A stretch of DNA of 64,000 nucleotides from Catajapyx aquilonaris (lineage: Eukaryota), in assembly GCA_000934665.2 (NCBI GenBank), contig KZ538415.1, forward strand, positions 1-64,000. The letters are read 5' to 3'. Shown one piece after another: positions 27,106-40,415 of the stretch; the first letter of the stretch is position 1, and every line of letters starts with the position of its first letter. The notes beneath the pieces are model-generated. The model was not told where the DNA came from and made no database searches. It saw only the letters and a program-made list of their open reading frames with translations. The position numbers and the translations under genes are program-made.

Positions 27106-29846
27106 CACACTGAAACGCAAAACGAACCAATTAAGTACCCCGATTGCTGCAATTAAACGGTACACCGATGCAAACAAACGTGCAAAAAAAAAGAGCCATG
27201 CATATCGTGAAACAGTGTCAACGTTTGGCTGCGTGCACATCACAGCGACAAACTTTGACTCCAGCTGATAACTTCCGCTTCACGTGCGGATAGACACGAT
27301 AAGCAAAAGAGGCGTTGACTTATTGGCAACAGTTCAGGCTTTAAACAGGATGTAGATACAAAGATCCTGGAAAACGAACGTGCTACGACTAAATTGGAAG
27401 AAGAAAATGGCAGGGCCAACAGAATCGTACTGGACAACACAACCCGACTCCTCGTTACGAAATCACATTTTTTGTCTCCTTACGTTTTGCTTGCGGATTC
27501 GTGGACACAATGAAAACTGGAAACAAACACCATTATGGTTAAAACAGCCTTCTGATAGCTGTTCATTCTGGCTGATCCTCTGCCGACGTTTTTCAACCTG
27601 TGGTTAGATTAGAAAGCGAAATAATTCTGGTTTTAGTACGTGACAAGCAATCGATCCTATTTGAACAAGAACGCAAAGCACACTGAACGTGACGGCTACT
27701 CGTTTCAGATATGAAAGCAGTGCATAGTACGCCTGAAAAATTGTTGCAGGTCAGCAAACTGTACTGAAAACGTAGATACGGGATAAGAACCTTGTTCCTT
27801 TGGATCAAACTGGCGCAATCAAATTGTTTAAAATGTACACACTCGTACCCTTCAAAAAATTGCCTTTTCATGTGACTAGCCGTCAGCTTGTGAATCGAGT
27901 AAGAGGCACTTCCATGCGAACCTGGCTTTTATAACGGCATTTTATCTACTAATTCCACTCGATACGATGACTGGGAAATGTGCCAACCCATTCCGACAAG
28001 GAAATGTCAACCGCGTGACATTCCTGGTGAAGTAAACAGATTGGTACAATAATTGTGCCGGCTTCCAAATGAACCGGCACAATGTTATTCTGTGCATTGC
28101 AAGACCTTGAACGGCTGCCGCCTTTCCTCGCAAAGTACATAACGATTATGACACATGATAACCTAAAAAGCATGTGCAGTCTGAAGTCAAATAAATATGT
28201 TTACATTTACCATTGACGCAAGTTGCAATCGGCTGATTACGCTTCAAGGCTGCCGTAATTAATTAGCGCATTCTTTCATACCCTGTCTCCGTACCTTCCT
28301 TGTACAGATGCAGTGTTATTACTTGCATGAATCGTGACATGTTGCAGTTCTGCTTATCAACAAATGGCTCGTTATGTTCACACACGTAAAGCCAGCTCCG
28401 GCACGATATGCACGTGCAATTGTGGCGCTATTTGAAGTCATGGCCTTCATGGCATACCGACAGCTACGCAACAATGCAATGTGTGCATTAAACTGATGGC
28501 TAGGTAAAATTTTATTGAAGCGACTAATACCGTGTAATTACATTTTATTGAAGCAATACATGACAGCGATGTCATACCGGTAATTGATTTCAAAGTTGCG
28601 ATGAATGTCCGGTTTATAACCATTGCTCACGGAAACAGCTGCTGTTGCGCTGTTTCAAACAGGACGTACCGATGGTTGACGTACGCTTCAAGCGCATTTC
28701 GTAGCCCGATTGTTAATAAGTGCTGCGGTTAATTTGTAATGAAAGTCATTATAATTACAGCAGGCATCTGCTTAAATTACGCAACGTATTACACTATGTA
28801 CCGCAAGGTTAGCGGCTATCAATTTAAACTTTGTACTTTAAATATTGATAACATCTGGTCATCAGCGGCTCAGCAAATGAACCAAATTTGGCCGTACCTT
28901 CCACTGCAGTATTACACTGCAATTGAACATGCAATTTTTTTGGGGGGGGCAAATATTTTTTTTCTCTCTCTCTCCAAATGGTTCAATTACCTTTTTTTAT
29001 GGGTCTTGTCCATGCCGCATGTAATGATCCGCTGTTGCCATATTTTGCCGACTTATTGTTCCTGGTTTTATGGTCCACTGTTCTATGCAGAAGCCTCTGG
29101 TACGAACGGGGACTACTTCAGGTTGAATAGATCGCGTGATTGTTGCAATGCGCAGCCGGCAAAGAGGTGTAATTGTTTCCACAGCAAATCAATTGGCCGC
29201 CATCTTGCCTCGGAAGGTCATGAGACGTATCGATATTCAAGGGGGAAGGGGGGAAATATCGATACGGCAATGCTTTAAACTGAAATTATTACATTTGAAG
29301 GAAATAATTGTGGTGTAATTACACGTCTGGATTTTTAATTAACATGTCCGTACGTAGCGTTTCATTAAGTGAGATTAAAAGCGAAAACTGGCAACATTGG
29401 GATTGGATATAAACAAAAAAAAAATCCAAGATGGCGGCCCAGGCTGATGATATTGAAGGGTATTATTTGTTAAAAAATTATTAATTAATTTTTAACTTTA
29501 TTGTACATATTGCCTATTGCAAGACAGTAATGAAGCCGTGACCTAGATTAATATGCAGGAAAAAAATTGCATGCAATAATATTTGTGTGGTCATGCTTGT
29601 AATGAAAATAATTGTAAGCGTACCGGTGCAGTGTGACTGCATTTTTCAGGTGGCCTAACTTATAATTATGAGCTTGATTAATAAGCAGGAAAAGTCGATG
29701 AAGCATACCGTACTGGGCGACTTATTAATACCTCGTTTTTTCAGGTGGCCCACGATGTAGCGTCATGTGGGCAACGTCGCTCCGTATGACATTACCCCAA
29801 CGATGCGCCGCGTTTAGCTTCCAGCGGTACGTGACTCCAACATGAG

Positions 29847-32800
29847 ATGGGCATCTCACTTTTCCTGTGCTCCCCGCCCTTGAAATGCCTGCTGTTCCTG
29901 GCCGTGACCCTTGCCCTGGCCAACCTAATCCTGCTGACCCACCTGCATCGGAACATGGCCTCGATGTTGATGCCCAGCTTCTTCAGTTCCCATCTGGATG
30001 TGCCTCCGCCATATTCCTGCCAGTCGTGGGGTCTTAGCATGGGCAACGGGACGAGGGTCACGCATGGTCGGAGTCCGCAGACAGGGAAGAAGAGCCTGTA
30101 TCATGTGGCTTACAATATGGTGTCGTCCCAGTGCATCGCATCCGCAACTGGTGCTGTCACGCTGACGACACATGCGACGCCAGAGTACTTGTGGAATCTG
30201 GTCGATTTGGCAGCTGCGTGGGGTGGACCGATCAGCGTGGCTGTGTTTGCTCCCGCAGATGACTTCAGGGTCGCAGCCTCTTTGATCGACCTCGTACGCC
30301 GGTGTTCTGTGCACGTTCGCAGAAAGGCCTCTTTCCATCTGTTTCATCCGAGAGCACATCCACCTCCTGCTGGTTGGGAGCAGTGGGAGCCAATGGCTTT
30401 ACTGACTGAGCAAAGTGAGTCGTCCCCCAACTAGATCAACGCCGGTACTCACACCATCCATTGCAGATTCAACAGACCCTCCCCGCAACTGCCATCCGCC
30501 TTCTCTCAATCCGCGCCTGTCGTACTTCCGACTCCGCAACATGTCCTACCCGGTGAACGTAGCCCGCAACGTAGCCCGTTGGAGCGCTTCCACTCGCTAC
30601 GTTCTAGTGAGCGACATCGAGCTCCGACCTAGTCCAGGACTGGCCCAGCAGTTTCTATCGATGCTGGAGCGGGACGTCAGGAAGGAAGAGGAGGTTGAGA
30701 GGAGACGGAGAGCAATGAGAGGTGCACAGTCGGGTTGGGATAAGCCGGAACCGGTCAAGAAAGTCTACGTGGTGCCCATCTTCGAGGTATATCCGGACAA
30801 AGTCACGCCTAGCCAATTATATAAATGGCTAGCAGAATACCCGTTCTTCGCATATTGAAGGAATGGGAGAAGAGTTGCGACGGTAGCTCCGTTGCCACGA
30901 TGGCTCCGTTGCTAGGGTGATAGAGTAGCCGAGGCGGTAGAGGGGAACGGAAACGGGCCATGCGGACAAACTTTTCTGTTTATGCATGTGTAAGACGAGC
31001 GGTTTACCCGTTCTTCGCACGGGAATGGAAGGATCCCATTGCTGTGGTAACCGATTGCCGTGGGCGGTAGGGGAGAGGGAAATGGGACATACCTACAAAC
31101 TTTTCCTTTTATTTATAAGAGACTAGCAGAGGAGCCTGTTCTTCACACAGCCTGTTTCCATGGACACCCATTGCCATGGTGAACTTGGACAAATAAACAA
31201 ACAAACTTTGATTTTTATATATGTAGAAAATGGGACATACCGACAAACTTTACCATCTATGCGTACTGTATAAGATTGGCTAAGTGTGACTTTTTCCTGC
31301 AGCGACTCGTCACCTAAGTGCATGTAGCTACCACATGGAGTGGGAGCAAGTGTGCAGAGGAGCTGACGTTACTTTGTACGTGCTTCGTTTCCTACGCAGG
31401 TTGAGCGAGACCAGCGCCTGCCTACTTCGAAAGAGGAGCTTCTGGCGCAGTACCAGAGGAAGAAGGCGGTCCACTTCCACCGCTGGGTTTGTCCGCACTG
31501 CCAGAAGTTCCCGGGGCTGAAGGACTGGCTGAAGAACCGGGGACGACGCAACATGCTGCAGGTTGCGCTGCACTCCTCTGGAAATAAATGTCGCATGATG
31601 CTTTTTGCATGTGTCCAACCCCCCGTCTTCATTTTGTCTTGTAGATGCACGATATCAGTACCGAGCCATCATGTAGGACATCGCATTGTTCATTCGGCTA
31701 CACTGTGCACGGGTTTGAATAGGGCGGGCTGCGACGTTGCCAGTTCGCTGTAGTTCGCCAGCTGGTGCACAGATGGCGCCACCGGTCGCATCTCGGGGTT
31801 GTCGACATTCGCGAATTTTACTGCAAATTCGGTGCACATTTCGGCCAATCGGGTCCGTCCAACGTGACCCGTGCGGTTCGCACATGAGGTCGGTACGCCC
31901 GTAGAGAGCGTCCGATGCCGACTGGAATCCCGAGACGCGTGCGAAGCGTCCAGTAGGGTGCCGGACCTGGGGCCGTCCCTTCTAGACCTAGACCGGGCAG
32001 CGCGGCTCAAAATTCGTGCCTTAAACTAATGAGTAAGGAAAATATCGAGCCTTGGTGACGCTTGGCTCTCCCGCTAGAGCAGCGTTCTCCTAGCGACTAT
32101 TAATCGCTATTTTTCTACGGGCTACAGGTCGTCCCAGCCTGGGCCCCGCCTACTTTCGCGGGGCCCGCGGTGACAGCGATCTGGCCCGAACTGAACCAAT
32201 CAAAAGACAATGTGGTCAGTGACCTGGCTATGACATCTCGTGGGTCATCAGGACGATCAGGTTGGCATTACTCGCATTAGTGACAATGATTGTCACTTCA
32301 CTTGTTAGCTAGCGATTTTTAAGAACCGTCAACAGTTACTTTTAGTGGCTAGTTGGCTACTGGAGGCAGGTTGGCATAGTGGATAAGGCGTCCGACTGCT
32401 AATCGGGAGGTCTTGGGTCCTTCCAGGAAAATTCCGGAGTTGCTTCCATAATTAATATGCCACAGCCGCTTCCTTCCGTCCCTATCCTGTCCCAAAAAGC
32501 TCAGTAAAATGAAAGCAAATGAGTTCCAGGCAAAACAAAAAACTTCCCCCCTAAATAAGAGCCGATAGGCTGATAACGGGGTATGAATTATGAATTATTA
32601 CAGTGGCTACTGGCTATGCGACCCCTCACGCTATGATCGAGTTGACCTTGGTGACAATAATTAGTCACTGATTTTGCAGCTGTTTGTGTTTAATAGTGGC
32701 TAACACGATATTAGCTACCGTTTTATTAAGCACGTTAAGCAGTTACTTTTAGTAGCGAACGCAATATTAGGATCTGTCGTGCCAGACGATATTAGCTACC

Positions 32801-35268
32801 AATATTAGTCTGCCGTGCTACCGGTACCGTATTGTTAGTGGCTATCACAGTATCAGCTATTGAGCAAGGAATTAGCCAGTTGCTTCTAGTGGTAATCAGA
32901 TATTAGCTATTGCTTGGGCAAGCAATTAACCAGTTCTAGTGGCTATCGCAATATTAGCTATACATTGAGCAAGCAATTACCGAGTTCTAGTGGCTATCGC
33001 AATATTAGCTATACATTGAGCAAGGAATTATAGCCAGTTACTTCTAGTGGCTACCAGATATTAGCTATTGATTGAGCAAGCAAATTAACCAGTTACTTCC
33101 AGTGGCTATCAGTTATCAGCTATCAGTTATTAGCTACCAGTATAGGTATTTGTGCATTGTGACTTATTTTCCACCAATTTTAGTAGCCATCTCATTATTG
33201 GCTAGAGGTATTAGTTTCGGTTAAGCTGTTTAATTATTTTAAGCTGCTATCCTATTAGCTACTGGTATCAGGTTTATATACGATACGACGGTACTGTTGG
33301 TTGCTATATTAGCTGACAATATGTTGCATAAACAGCTTATATTCAGCAGTTACTTTTAATGGCTATCACGATATTAGCTACTTTCAGAAGCAGGTTGGCA
33401 TGGTTGATAAGGAGCCAGACTGCTAATCGGGAGGTCCTGGGTTCGAATCCCGGGGCCGACGATCCCGACCGTGGTTTTCTGTGGTTTGCCACGGTCCCCC
33501 TCAGGATAATTCCGGGGTCGCTTCCGTATAATAGGCCACAGCCGCTTCCTTCCTTTCCTATCCTTGGAGGCGGTTGAAGAGGCAAAGCTGGGCCAACCTC
33601 CCTAATATCAATTATAAAGTTACTTCTGTCTACCCGATATTAGCTACTAATATTAGTGTCAGTACAGGGTGATGTAATGAAGTTGTCCGTTTCAGTTAAG
33701 CCATGTAACACAATTAATCAGCTTATTTTTATGCAGTTATTTCTAGTGGCTATCAGATAATAGCTACTGCTATCAACACCCCCTTTTCTTACGATCACAA
33801 ATTGAGAAGCGAGATTTTATCGGAAGAGATTCATAGTCGTCCATAGAGTCTATCGATCGCGGTTATTGAGTAGCCAACAACGTACCCATGCTGACGGGTC
33901 GTTTATTACAACACGGAGCTAATAACATCACTTATGCAAAGCGCCATGCCGAGGGTGGACAGCATGGTGTGAAATCACTCCAGGTGATGAATAGCATGTG
34001 CGCATAATATGTGGAAGTTAATCGCTGCTTTAACTGCGCGTCTAATGTGATTTATGACTCTCGCTTCTATAAACAGCTAAAGATAGCATATGCCCAAATA
34101 AAGAGCTGCTTTCAATGAATGGTATTACCTGACCACACTTCTGATGTGCTGTCATTTTAACTGTTATAATTATGTAAAGGAAGGTGTTATGAGCCAATCA
34201 CGGCTTAGGATGGCACCCAAAAATATCGATATTTTTCACGCTGTATCCATATTTTCTTTCGGGCTATGTCGATATTTTCACCCATTGTGCATCGATATTT
34301 CCTCTCAAAATGAATCGATATTTTCTTTCCGTCTATATCGATATTTTCTCTCACGCTGCATCGATAATTCATTTCCCGATGAAACGATATTGACTTTCAC
34401 GATATTTCTTTTTCAGGCTGTGTCGATATTTTCCTTCGGGCCATGTCGATATTTTCACTCGTTGTGCATCAATATTTCCTTTCATGATGTATCAATTATT
34501 TTTCGGGCCATGTCGATATTTTTTATTGTGCATCGATATTTCCTATCATGATGTATCGATATTTTTCAGGCAATGTCGATATTTTATCTTATTGTGTGTC
34601 GATATTTCCTTTCACAATAAATCGATATTTTATTTTAGGCTATGTCGATATTTTCTCATTGTGCATCGTTATTTCCTTTCACAATGTATCGATATATCCT
34701 TTTAGGCTATGTCGATATTTACACTCATTGTGCATCGATATTTCCTTTGCCGATACATCGATATTTATTTCACTGTCCATCGATATTTTCTTTGACGATG
34801 TATCGATATATCGATATGTTTGGGTGCCCTGCTTACTAAAAAGCCGTATCTGCAACATATTTCCTGCAGTTACGGCTTTTTTCCTGACGTAACAACATTA
34901 CTGTAGCTTCTTGTACTCCCTTCCAGGTTGCCAGTGTGGCCAGACGAGAGTACCCTTTCCACCGATGGGAGCCGGTGTACATAGGCACCAAGGAGGACCC
35001 ATTTTACGACGAGCGACTCTCTTGGGAAGGGAAGCAGGACAAGATGACACAAATGCACGAGATGTGTCTGTTGGGCTACATTTTCGCCATTTTGGACCGA
35101 GCGTTCCTGGTGCACTCTCCTGGAATCAAGAGGAAGCCAGGCAGGGCCTCCAAAGTGGACAGGTGGAGGGAACCTTTCGAGAAGAGGAATGCTCGGATAT
35201 ACAATCAGATCATGAGGGAGATGGAGAAGAAGTATGGAAGACAGAACACCCGATGCCGACAACATTGA
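29847..35268 (+). CDS. B4GAT1: Glycosyltransferase family 49, beta-1,4-glucuronyltransferase 1-like type II membrane protein; exons 29847-30414, 30467-30786, 31400-31561, 34927-35268
   Basis: N-terminal TM segment; VTLTTHAT, WGGPISVAVFAP, YPVNVARNVAR, VSDIEL, WEPVYIGT, YDERLSWEGKQDKMTQ, LDRAFLVHSPGIK. May be one of several arthropod paralogues. Confidence 0.85.
30829..31275 (-). mobile_element. Head-to-tail array of short non-autonomous Helitron-like units (30829-30995, 30996-31120, 31123-31227, partial 31228-31275)
   Basis: On the minus strand each unit starts TC and ends CTAG (one CTCG) with a subterminal hairpin (plus-strand CCCGTTCTTCGCACGGG, complete in unit 2, degenerate in the others). 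Confidence 0.65.
32362..32598 (+). mobile_element. tRNA-derived SINE family A, tail type 2, internally deleted (B box lost)
   Basis: Head GCAGGTTGGCATAGTGGATAAGGCGTCCGACTGCTAATCGGGAGG, core GCCACAGCCGCTTCCTTCC; imperfect flanking TSD AGTGGCTA(GT/C)TGGCTA. Confidence 0.85.
32680..33385. repeat. Degenerate ATATTAGCTA/TAGTGGCTA minisatellite in the GT49 gene intron
   Basis: Repeated ATATTAGCTA...AGTGGCTA motifs; near-exact ~50-bp duplication at 32935-33025. Confidence 0.75.
33387..33620 (+). mobile_element. tRNA-derived SINE family A, tail type 1
   Basis: B box GGTTCGAATCCC; alignable end to end with 57894-58118. Confidence 0.9.
34212..34828. mobile_element. TIR-bounded non-autonomous DNA element filled with TCGATAT repeats
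   Basis: 21-bp terminal inverted repeats GGCACCCAAA(A/C)ATATCGATAT with 1 mismatch; interior is degenerate tandem TCGATATTT units. Confidence 0.7.
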
Positions 35269-36152
35269 TTCTATTTTTTGGCCCCTCCCCCACTATCCAA
35301 TCAAATATCAGGTCCATTTAGGGATTTTAATATTATATATGAACACAGATTTTTTAGGTATAGTTTTACACACGGGTAGACTTAAAACTTCCAGTGTACA
35401 AGTATGCAAGTGTCATTACATATGGTATATGTAAGTAACATGGGATTTCAAAATGTACAGTTGCAAGCATAAAGATGCAGACAGACATATTTGTGCTATC
35501 GACTGCCTTTTTGGAACACCCTATTTGGTAGGATGGTGAGATTGTGAAATGAGCTATTAGCTAGAGACGCATTATTTATTTAATTTATTATTTATTTATT
35601 TATTTATTTAAAAGTAATGTCTGCCCTCAACATTGCGGACAGACAGTCTGCTGTTATACGGTATAAGAAATAATTCCTCAAGTCAGCATAGGCAGCTTAG
35701 GCCACATACCAGTACCTGCATTTGACTCGTTATTTCCAAACGTAGGGTTAGAATTATGTGCAATTACACATTTTACATACTTTATTCAGTTTAAGTGAAC
35801 TTCATTTGTCCATGGGCATGCAGGGTTCCAGACTTTTTATTATTATGTGATACTATTGTTATTTCTCACCAATTATGCGACGAAACAAACACAATAATGC
35901 ACAACGTAACATCTAAGAACAACAAAACCCATATCATAGTTAATAGGCTTGACAAGTTACAACTAAATTTTTTCTTGCCCACAACAATGATTATACTGTT
36001 CTTACATCTGAAAAAAATACCACTGGTTATATGCAATGAAATGAAAGTGACAATAAACTTGTTAGTTTTATTGTTAGCGGTAGCCTACATTCCCCATAGA
36101 AAAGCGATGTGTCAATCAAAATCTAGTGCCAATAACAATATTGCAGGAATCA

Positions 36153-36468
36153 TCACTTGTAACATGCTCCTGAGTGCAACTCTGCTACACCTGGTAACGC
36201 AATTGTTTTGTTATTTATTTGATCAATTTTTATATTATATTTATATTTATTTACCTGCATCGCACCCTTGTGCACATTTGAACAGGCACATGTTGGCATA
36301 TGTCTCTCCGTCTGTACCGCAAATGGGGTCCTTTGCCACCCCTTGGCACTTGCAAAATGCGGGGTCACACTCGTCCTGCCGCTTTGGCCTAGAGGGTGCC
36401 GTGGTGGTGCCAATCGACCGACCCTCGCTGACCAGCATGGTCAGCAATAATGCCGCAACCATCCACAT
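36153..36468 (-). CDS. Secreted single-domain Kazal-type protease inhibitor 1 (8 Cys); exons 36468-36255, 36190-36153
   Basis: Signal peptide MWMVAALLLTMLVSEG; DPICGTDGETYANMCLFKCA...HSGAC after a phase-1 splice. Confidence 0.85.
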
Positions 36469-36559
36469 TGTTGAGAGATCTTACAATTAAAGCACTACAA
36501 ATGTGTTACTCTGATGCACATTAATCCTGATAATTAATAAATAAATAAAACGCGTTATA

Positions 36560-37150
36560 CCGAATATTTTAAAAACTATTCTTTATCAATATTTTTGATA
36601 TTTTTAGTGATACTTTACGATATTTTCGATATTACTTATCTTGTGATTGTACCATAATTTTGAAGCAGTATCTTTGTTATTTGACGATTTTCGATCTAGT
36701 ATAAGTTACAATATTTTCGATATATTTTGTTACTTTATAATATTTTCGATATATTGTTATTGTAGTATATTGTCGATATATTGTTATTGTAGTATATTGT
36801 CGATATATTTTGGTATTTTTCGACATATTTCGATATATTTGGATATTTCCGATAAATCTTATTTTTCGACATACGGTAATTATTTCGAAATATTTCGATA
36901 TTTTCGATAAATGTTATTATTTGACAGATTTCGATATATATTGATATTTTACGATATTTTTGGATATGTTTTTGTTATTTTTTACATTTCGATATATTCT
37001 GATATTTTCGATATATATATTGATATTTTACGATATTTTTGGAGATATTTTTGTTATTTTTGACATTTCGATATATTCTGATATTTTCGATATATATTGC
37101 TATTTTTCGACATATTCGATATATTTTTCGATATTTTTGTTATATTTCAA
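36560..37150. repeat. AT-rich TTTCGATAT degenerate minisatellite
   Basis: Dozens of TCGATAT/TCGACAT cores at short irregular spacing. Confidence 0.8.
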
Positions 37151-37835
37151 TATTTACTCGCAATAATATGTGCATTCAAATTCTGATTTCGCCCATACCT
37201 TTACGTATCAATCGCTGTTCGCCTACAGGTCACATATCCCACAAAATCTTCACCCCTCATTCCTCAACTCTAACCAGGGTTTCTTGAACCCCTGTTATTC
37301 ACACACCACACACCACTGATGCCCTAACACTTTAAATCCCACCAATTAACTTCAGCACACTCCAATCTAAACCTCAAAAACCTTTCCCCAGGGTTAATTA
37401 CACTCCAACACTACTTTACCTCTCAGAGAGATGGAAGTTTGGATTACACTTGGATTCCTCTGCTCTTCTATGTACACCCCAAAGTTCATGCTCGGTACTT
37501 ACTCCAATGTTGATTTATATATACCAACGAAGAAGGGTCCTGTCAGAATCGATCATCGCCTTGTTGGATCTTCCACGTCGCGAGCTTCCGGATTTATTGC
37601 GCAAATACCCCCCGACATGGTTCAGCAGCCGGACTGTTATTATCATTGTTGACAGACGGAGACAGTCCCTTCCATTTTGGAGCAAACATGGTCACTGGCC
37701 CTTACAAAAAAAAAAAACTAACAATCAATCTGTCAAAAAAATAGTTATGCGTACTTTCAGTCCTTGAACCTATTTATTGTATAAATAATTTTAAGAGACA
37801 TGCGATGTGACGTCTGTTTATTGGCGGTTACATTG

Positions 37836-38257
37836 TTACCAAGGTTGGACGTGCTTTCGAGGTTCCTCCAGCGGTGCTGAGCACGGACCGGTGTTCAAAA
37901 TTCCGTTGTCTGAAAATATATATTATTAATATTTCTCGTACATATAATAAAGCAGAAATGCATGTCCGGGCTACCAAACCCACGTTCGGACTACTGACGG
38001 ATTGAGGGAAAAAGTCCGAAAATATGTGTACCTGTGAAGCAGCGTTCCTGTGCACAGCTGTATACACACGGATTGGTGTACGTGATGCCGTCTGTACCAC
38101 AAAGAGGATCCTTGGTCTTTGGGCATGCACACGACGTACAGTGTTCCGGCAGCATCGCGTCTGTCGGGTTGCCATACCCAGGGTTGGGTCTCCATACATT
38201 GGACAACGATATGTCCACACCCAGAAGGTACAGAAGACCAAACAGTATGTACTTCAT
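37836..38257 (-). CDS. Secreted single-domain Kazal-type protease inhibitor 2 (8 Cys); exons 38257-38032, 37909-37836
   Basis: Signal peptide MKYILFGLLYLLGVDISLS; CACPKTKDPLCGTDGITYTNPCVYSCA...NTGPC; phase-1 intron at the equivalent position to Kazal 1. Confidence 0.85.
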
Positions 38258-40415
38258 TCTCGTACTGTTCCTATAGCAGAATGAGCTATCCTTCGTCTAC
38301 CCTCCTTTTTATGCCTTGTTTTCTTTGCCTTATATCACATTCTTTTCTTCTTTTGTTTGTCTCTCAGCGTTCTCTGCATTCCATGCAAATTCCTGGTAAT
38401 TTTTATTTGTTTTGCATATATGCTGATAGGGATGGCACGAACTGCGTTTCCCTTACTCTGATGATCAACCCGAGGAAAATACTGGTCGATATATGAGGAA
38501 ATGGGAAGTTGCTCCCCGGAACTTTCCAAAATGAGGTTATTCCAATGCGACGAGGATCCAATTTTGTAGAGACATTTTGGTAAGTAATGTACACCTGGCA
38601 AGTATATGAAGTCATAATATATGTACGATAACATTTGGAATTTTACAGATATCCTAACAAAGAAGAGGAATTTTTTGGACCAGACGAATTTTTGCAGAAA
38701 AAAAATATCTGCAGCTGTCGTCTATAATAGGCTTTTGGACGACTAGAGTTATGGGCATGAGGTGAAGGCTAAAGGCGTTAGAAAACGGATATTGCTATCA
38801 GCTCTAGACAAACGATCCATCCTCTCCAAATCGCCTTCCGAGATAACGAGATTTTGAAGCCATATCATTTGGAGCCTTACGCAAATTGGGGTTGCATTGA
38901 CCTCTATGTAGAAAAAAAAATCCAAGAATAATAGAGATGGACTATAAAAAAGGGCGCTATCGAGATATGCAGGATTCATAATTCATGAGACGGGGTCTGG
39001 TAGTGGCAGATGATTTATCTCTGTCCTTTACAGCCCTGGATATATTCAACATCGTGCCCTGGAAATAATAAGATAAAGGACGTAGTTTACTGACGTACAT
39101 TTTGCATTGTTGGAAGTGAAACATGGAACATGGTAATGACAGAAATTGCATATACACCCCTAATTTATTTCACATTCTTTATTTTCTGTTACCAAAAATA
39201 CAATAAATTATAATCACTTTTTTAAATACTCTTGCAGGTAATAACAATCACTCTTGAAACATCTGCACTCCAAATATGCTGTGGGCAACTTGAGCAAGAG
39301 TAGGTTGTACAATATTTCTTCACAAAGAATAATTATTGTCTATTGTTGAATTGACACACCACATCAACAGTATGGCATTCCTTTTGATGTGAATTATATT
39401 GTTGAAAACTTAGACACTTAACACTGTAATGTTCATTACGCTCACTGTAACACAAGCAGAAAATTGGCCACAAATGCGTTGCTCGTTATATAGGAATTGA
39501 AACAATGACATTCAATGCTTCTCAGAAATGCAGCAACAACAAGCTATAGATAATCTTCATTGTAATGCGTGGCGAATAATTTACAAACAGTACATGAAAA
39601 TATATATGTACGACATCATTTAAAATGTACAAATATATGGGGAGGGGGATATTATAGTTTTCAACAACATTGTACGATTAAAGTTGATGCATGTTTCATT
39701 TATTGTCAACACAAGTAGCAGTTGACCTTTGGAAGTTTCATGCTAATAACACAGTTAGGTTTTATCTCTTTTATATTATTTTATTTATTTAAATTATATG
39801 GGGCATATCCACCAGCGTATGTGTAACGTAGTTACGTATAGGAATAATTAAAAATTGGACGGGTAGCCACAGAGTAGTGTCGGTGAACTATTTGGCTCTT
39901 TAAAAGTCATCGACATCTACAGCCCAATCAAAATGCGGGATAGTGTACAGTACTATTTTCATAAAAATTATATTTTCAAAAAAATATATATCATTCCTTG
40001 CCACTTTTCTAAATTCTGTTCGCCTCGTTTCCAGACATGAATGCTGTGAATTCATTTTCTACTTTACAATACCTCACATCAAGTCTAGCAATAAATAGAT
40101 CTGACTAGTCATCCTGAGACATTTCGTTCAGTCATATCATAGGAGTTTATTTTTAGAAAATTAACCCCCATCCATTACGATATGTAAACTCTGCTCAATT
40201 CTGACATATACTCTTCGCATAAAATCACAGACCTTCCCAACTTCACTTAGCAAAAAAGCCATATCTACAATGGCTGCAGATACGGCTTTTATGCATGATA
40301 TGAGACATTATGCGTACCTCTCTGAAGCGGCTTCCATCTGACGCCAGGTCATGATGACCATCACTACCTTGTCATTCTCTTTCTGACCTTTGCCCTGGCA
40401 CCATACCCACCACCA

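Noticed and set aside
28739..29278. 179-aa ORF between PISD and the GT49 gene (likewise 35795-36490)
   Set aside because: AT-rich, no recognisable domain or coding-like composition; the latter is antisense to Kazal 1.
34144..37287. ORFs rich in SIF/RYF/DI on the plus strand
   Set aside because: Products of TCGATAT arrays; no domain signal.
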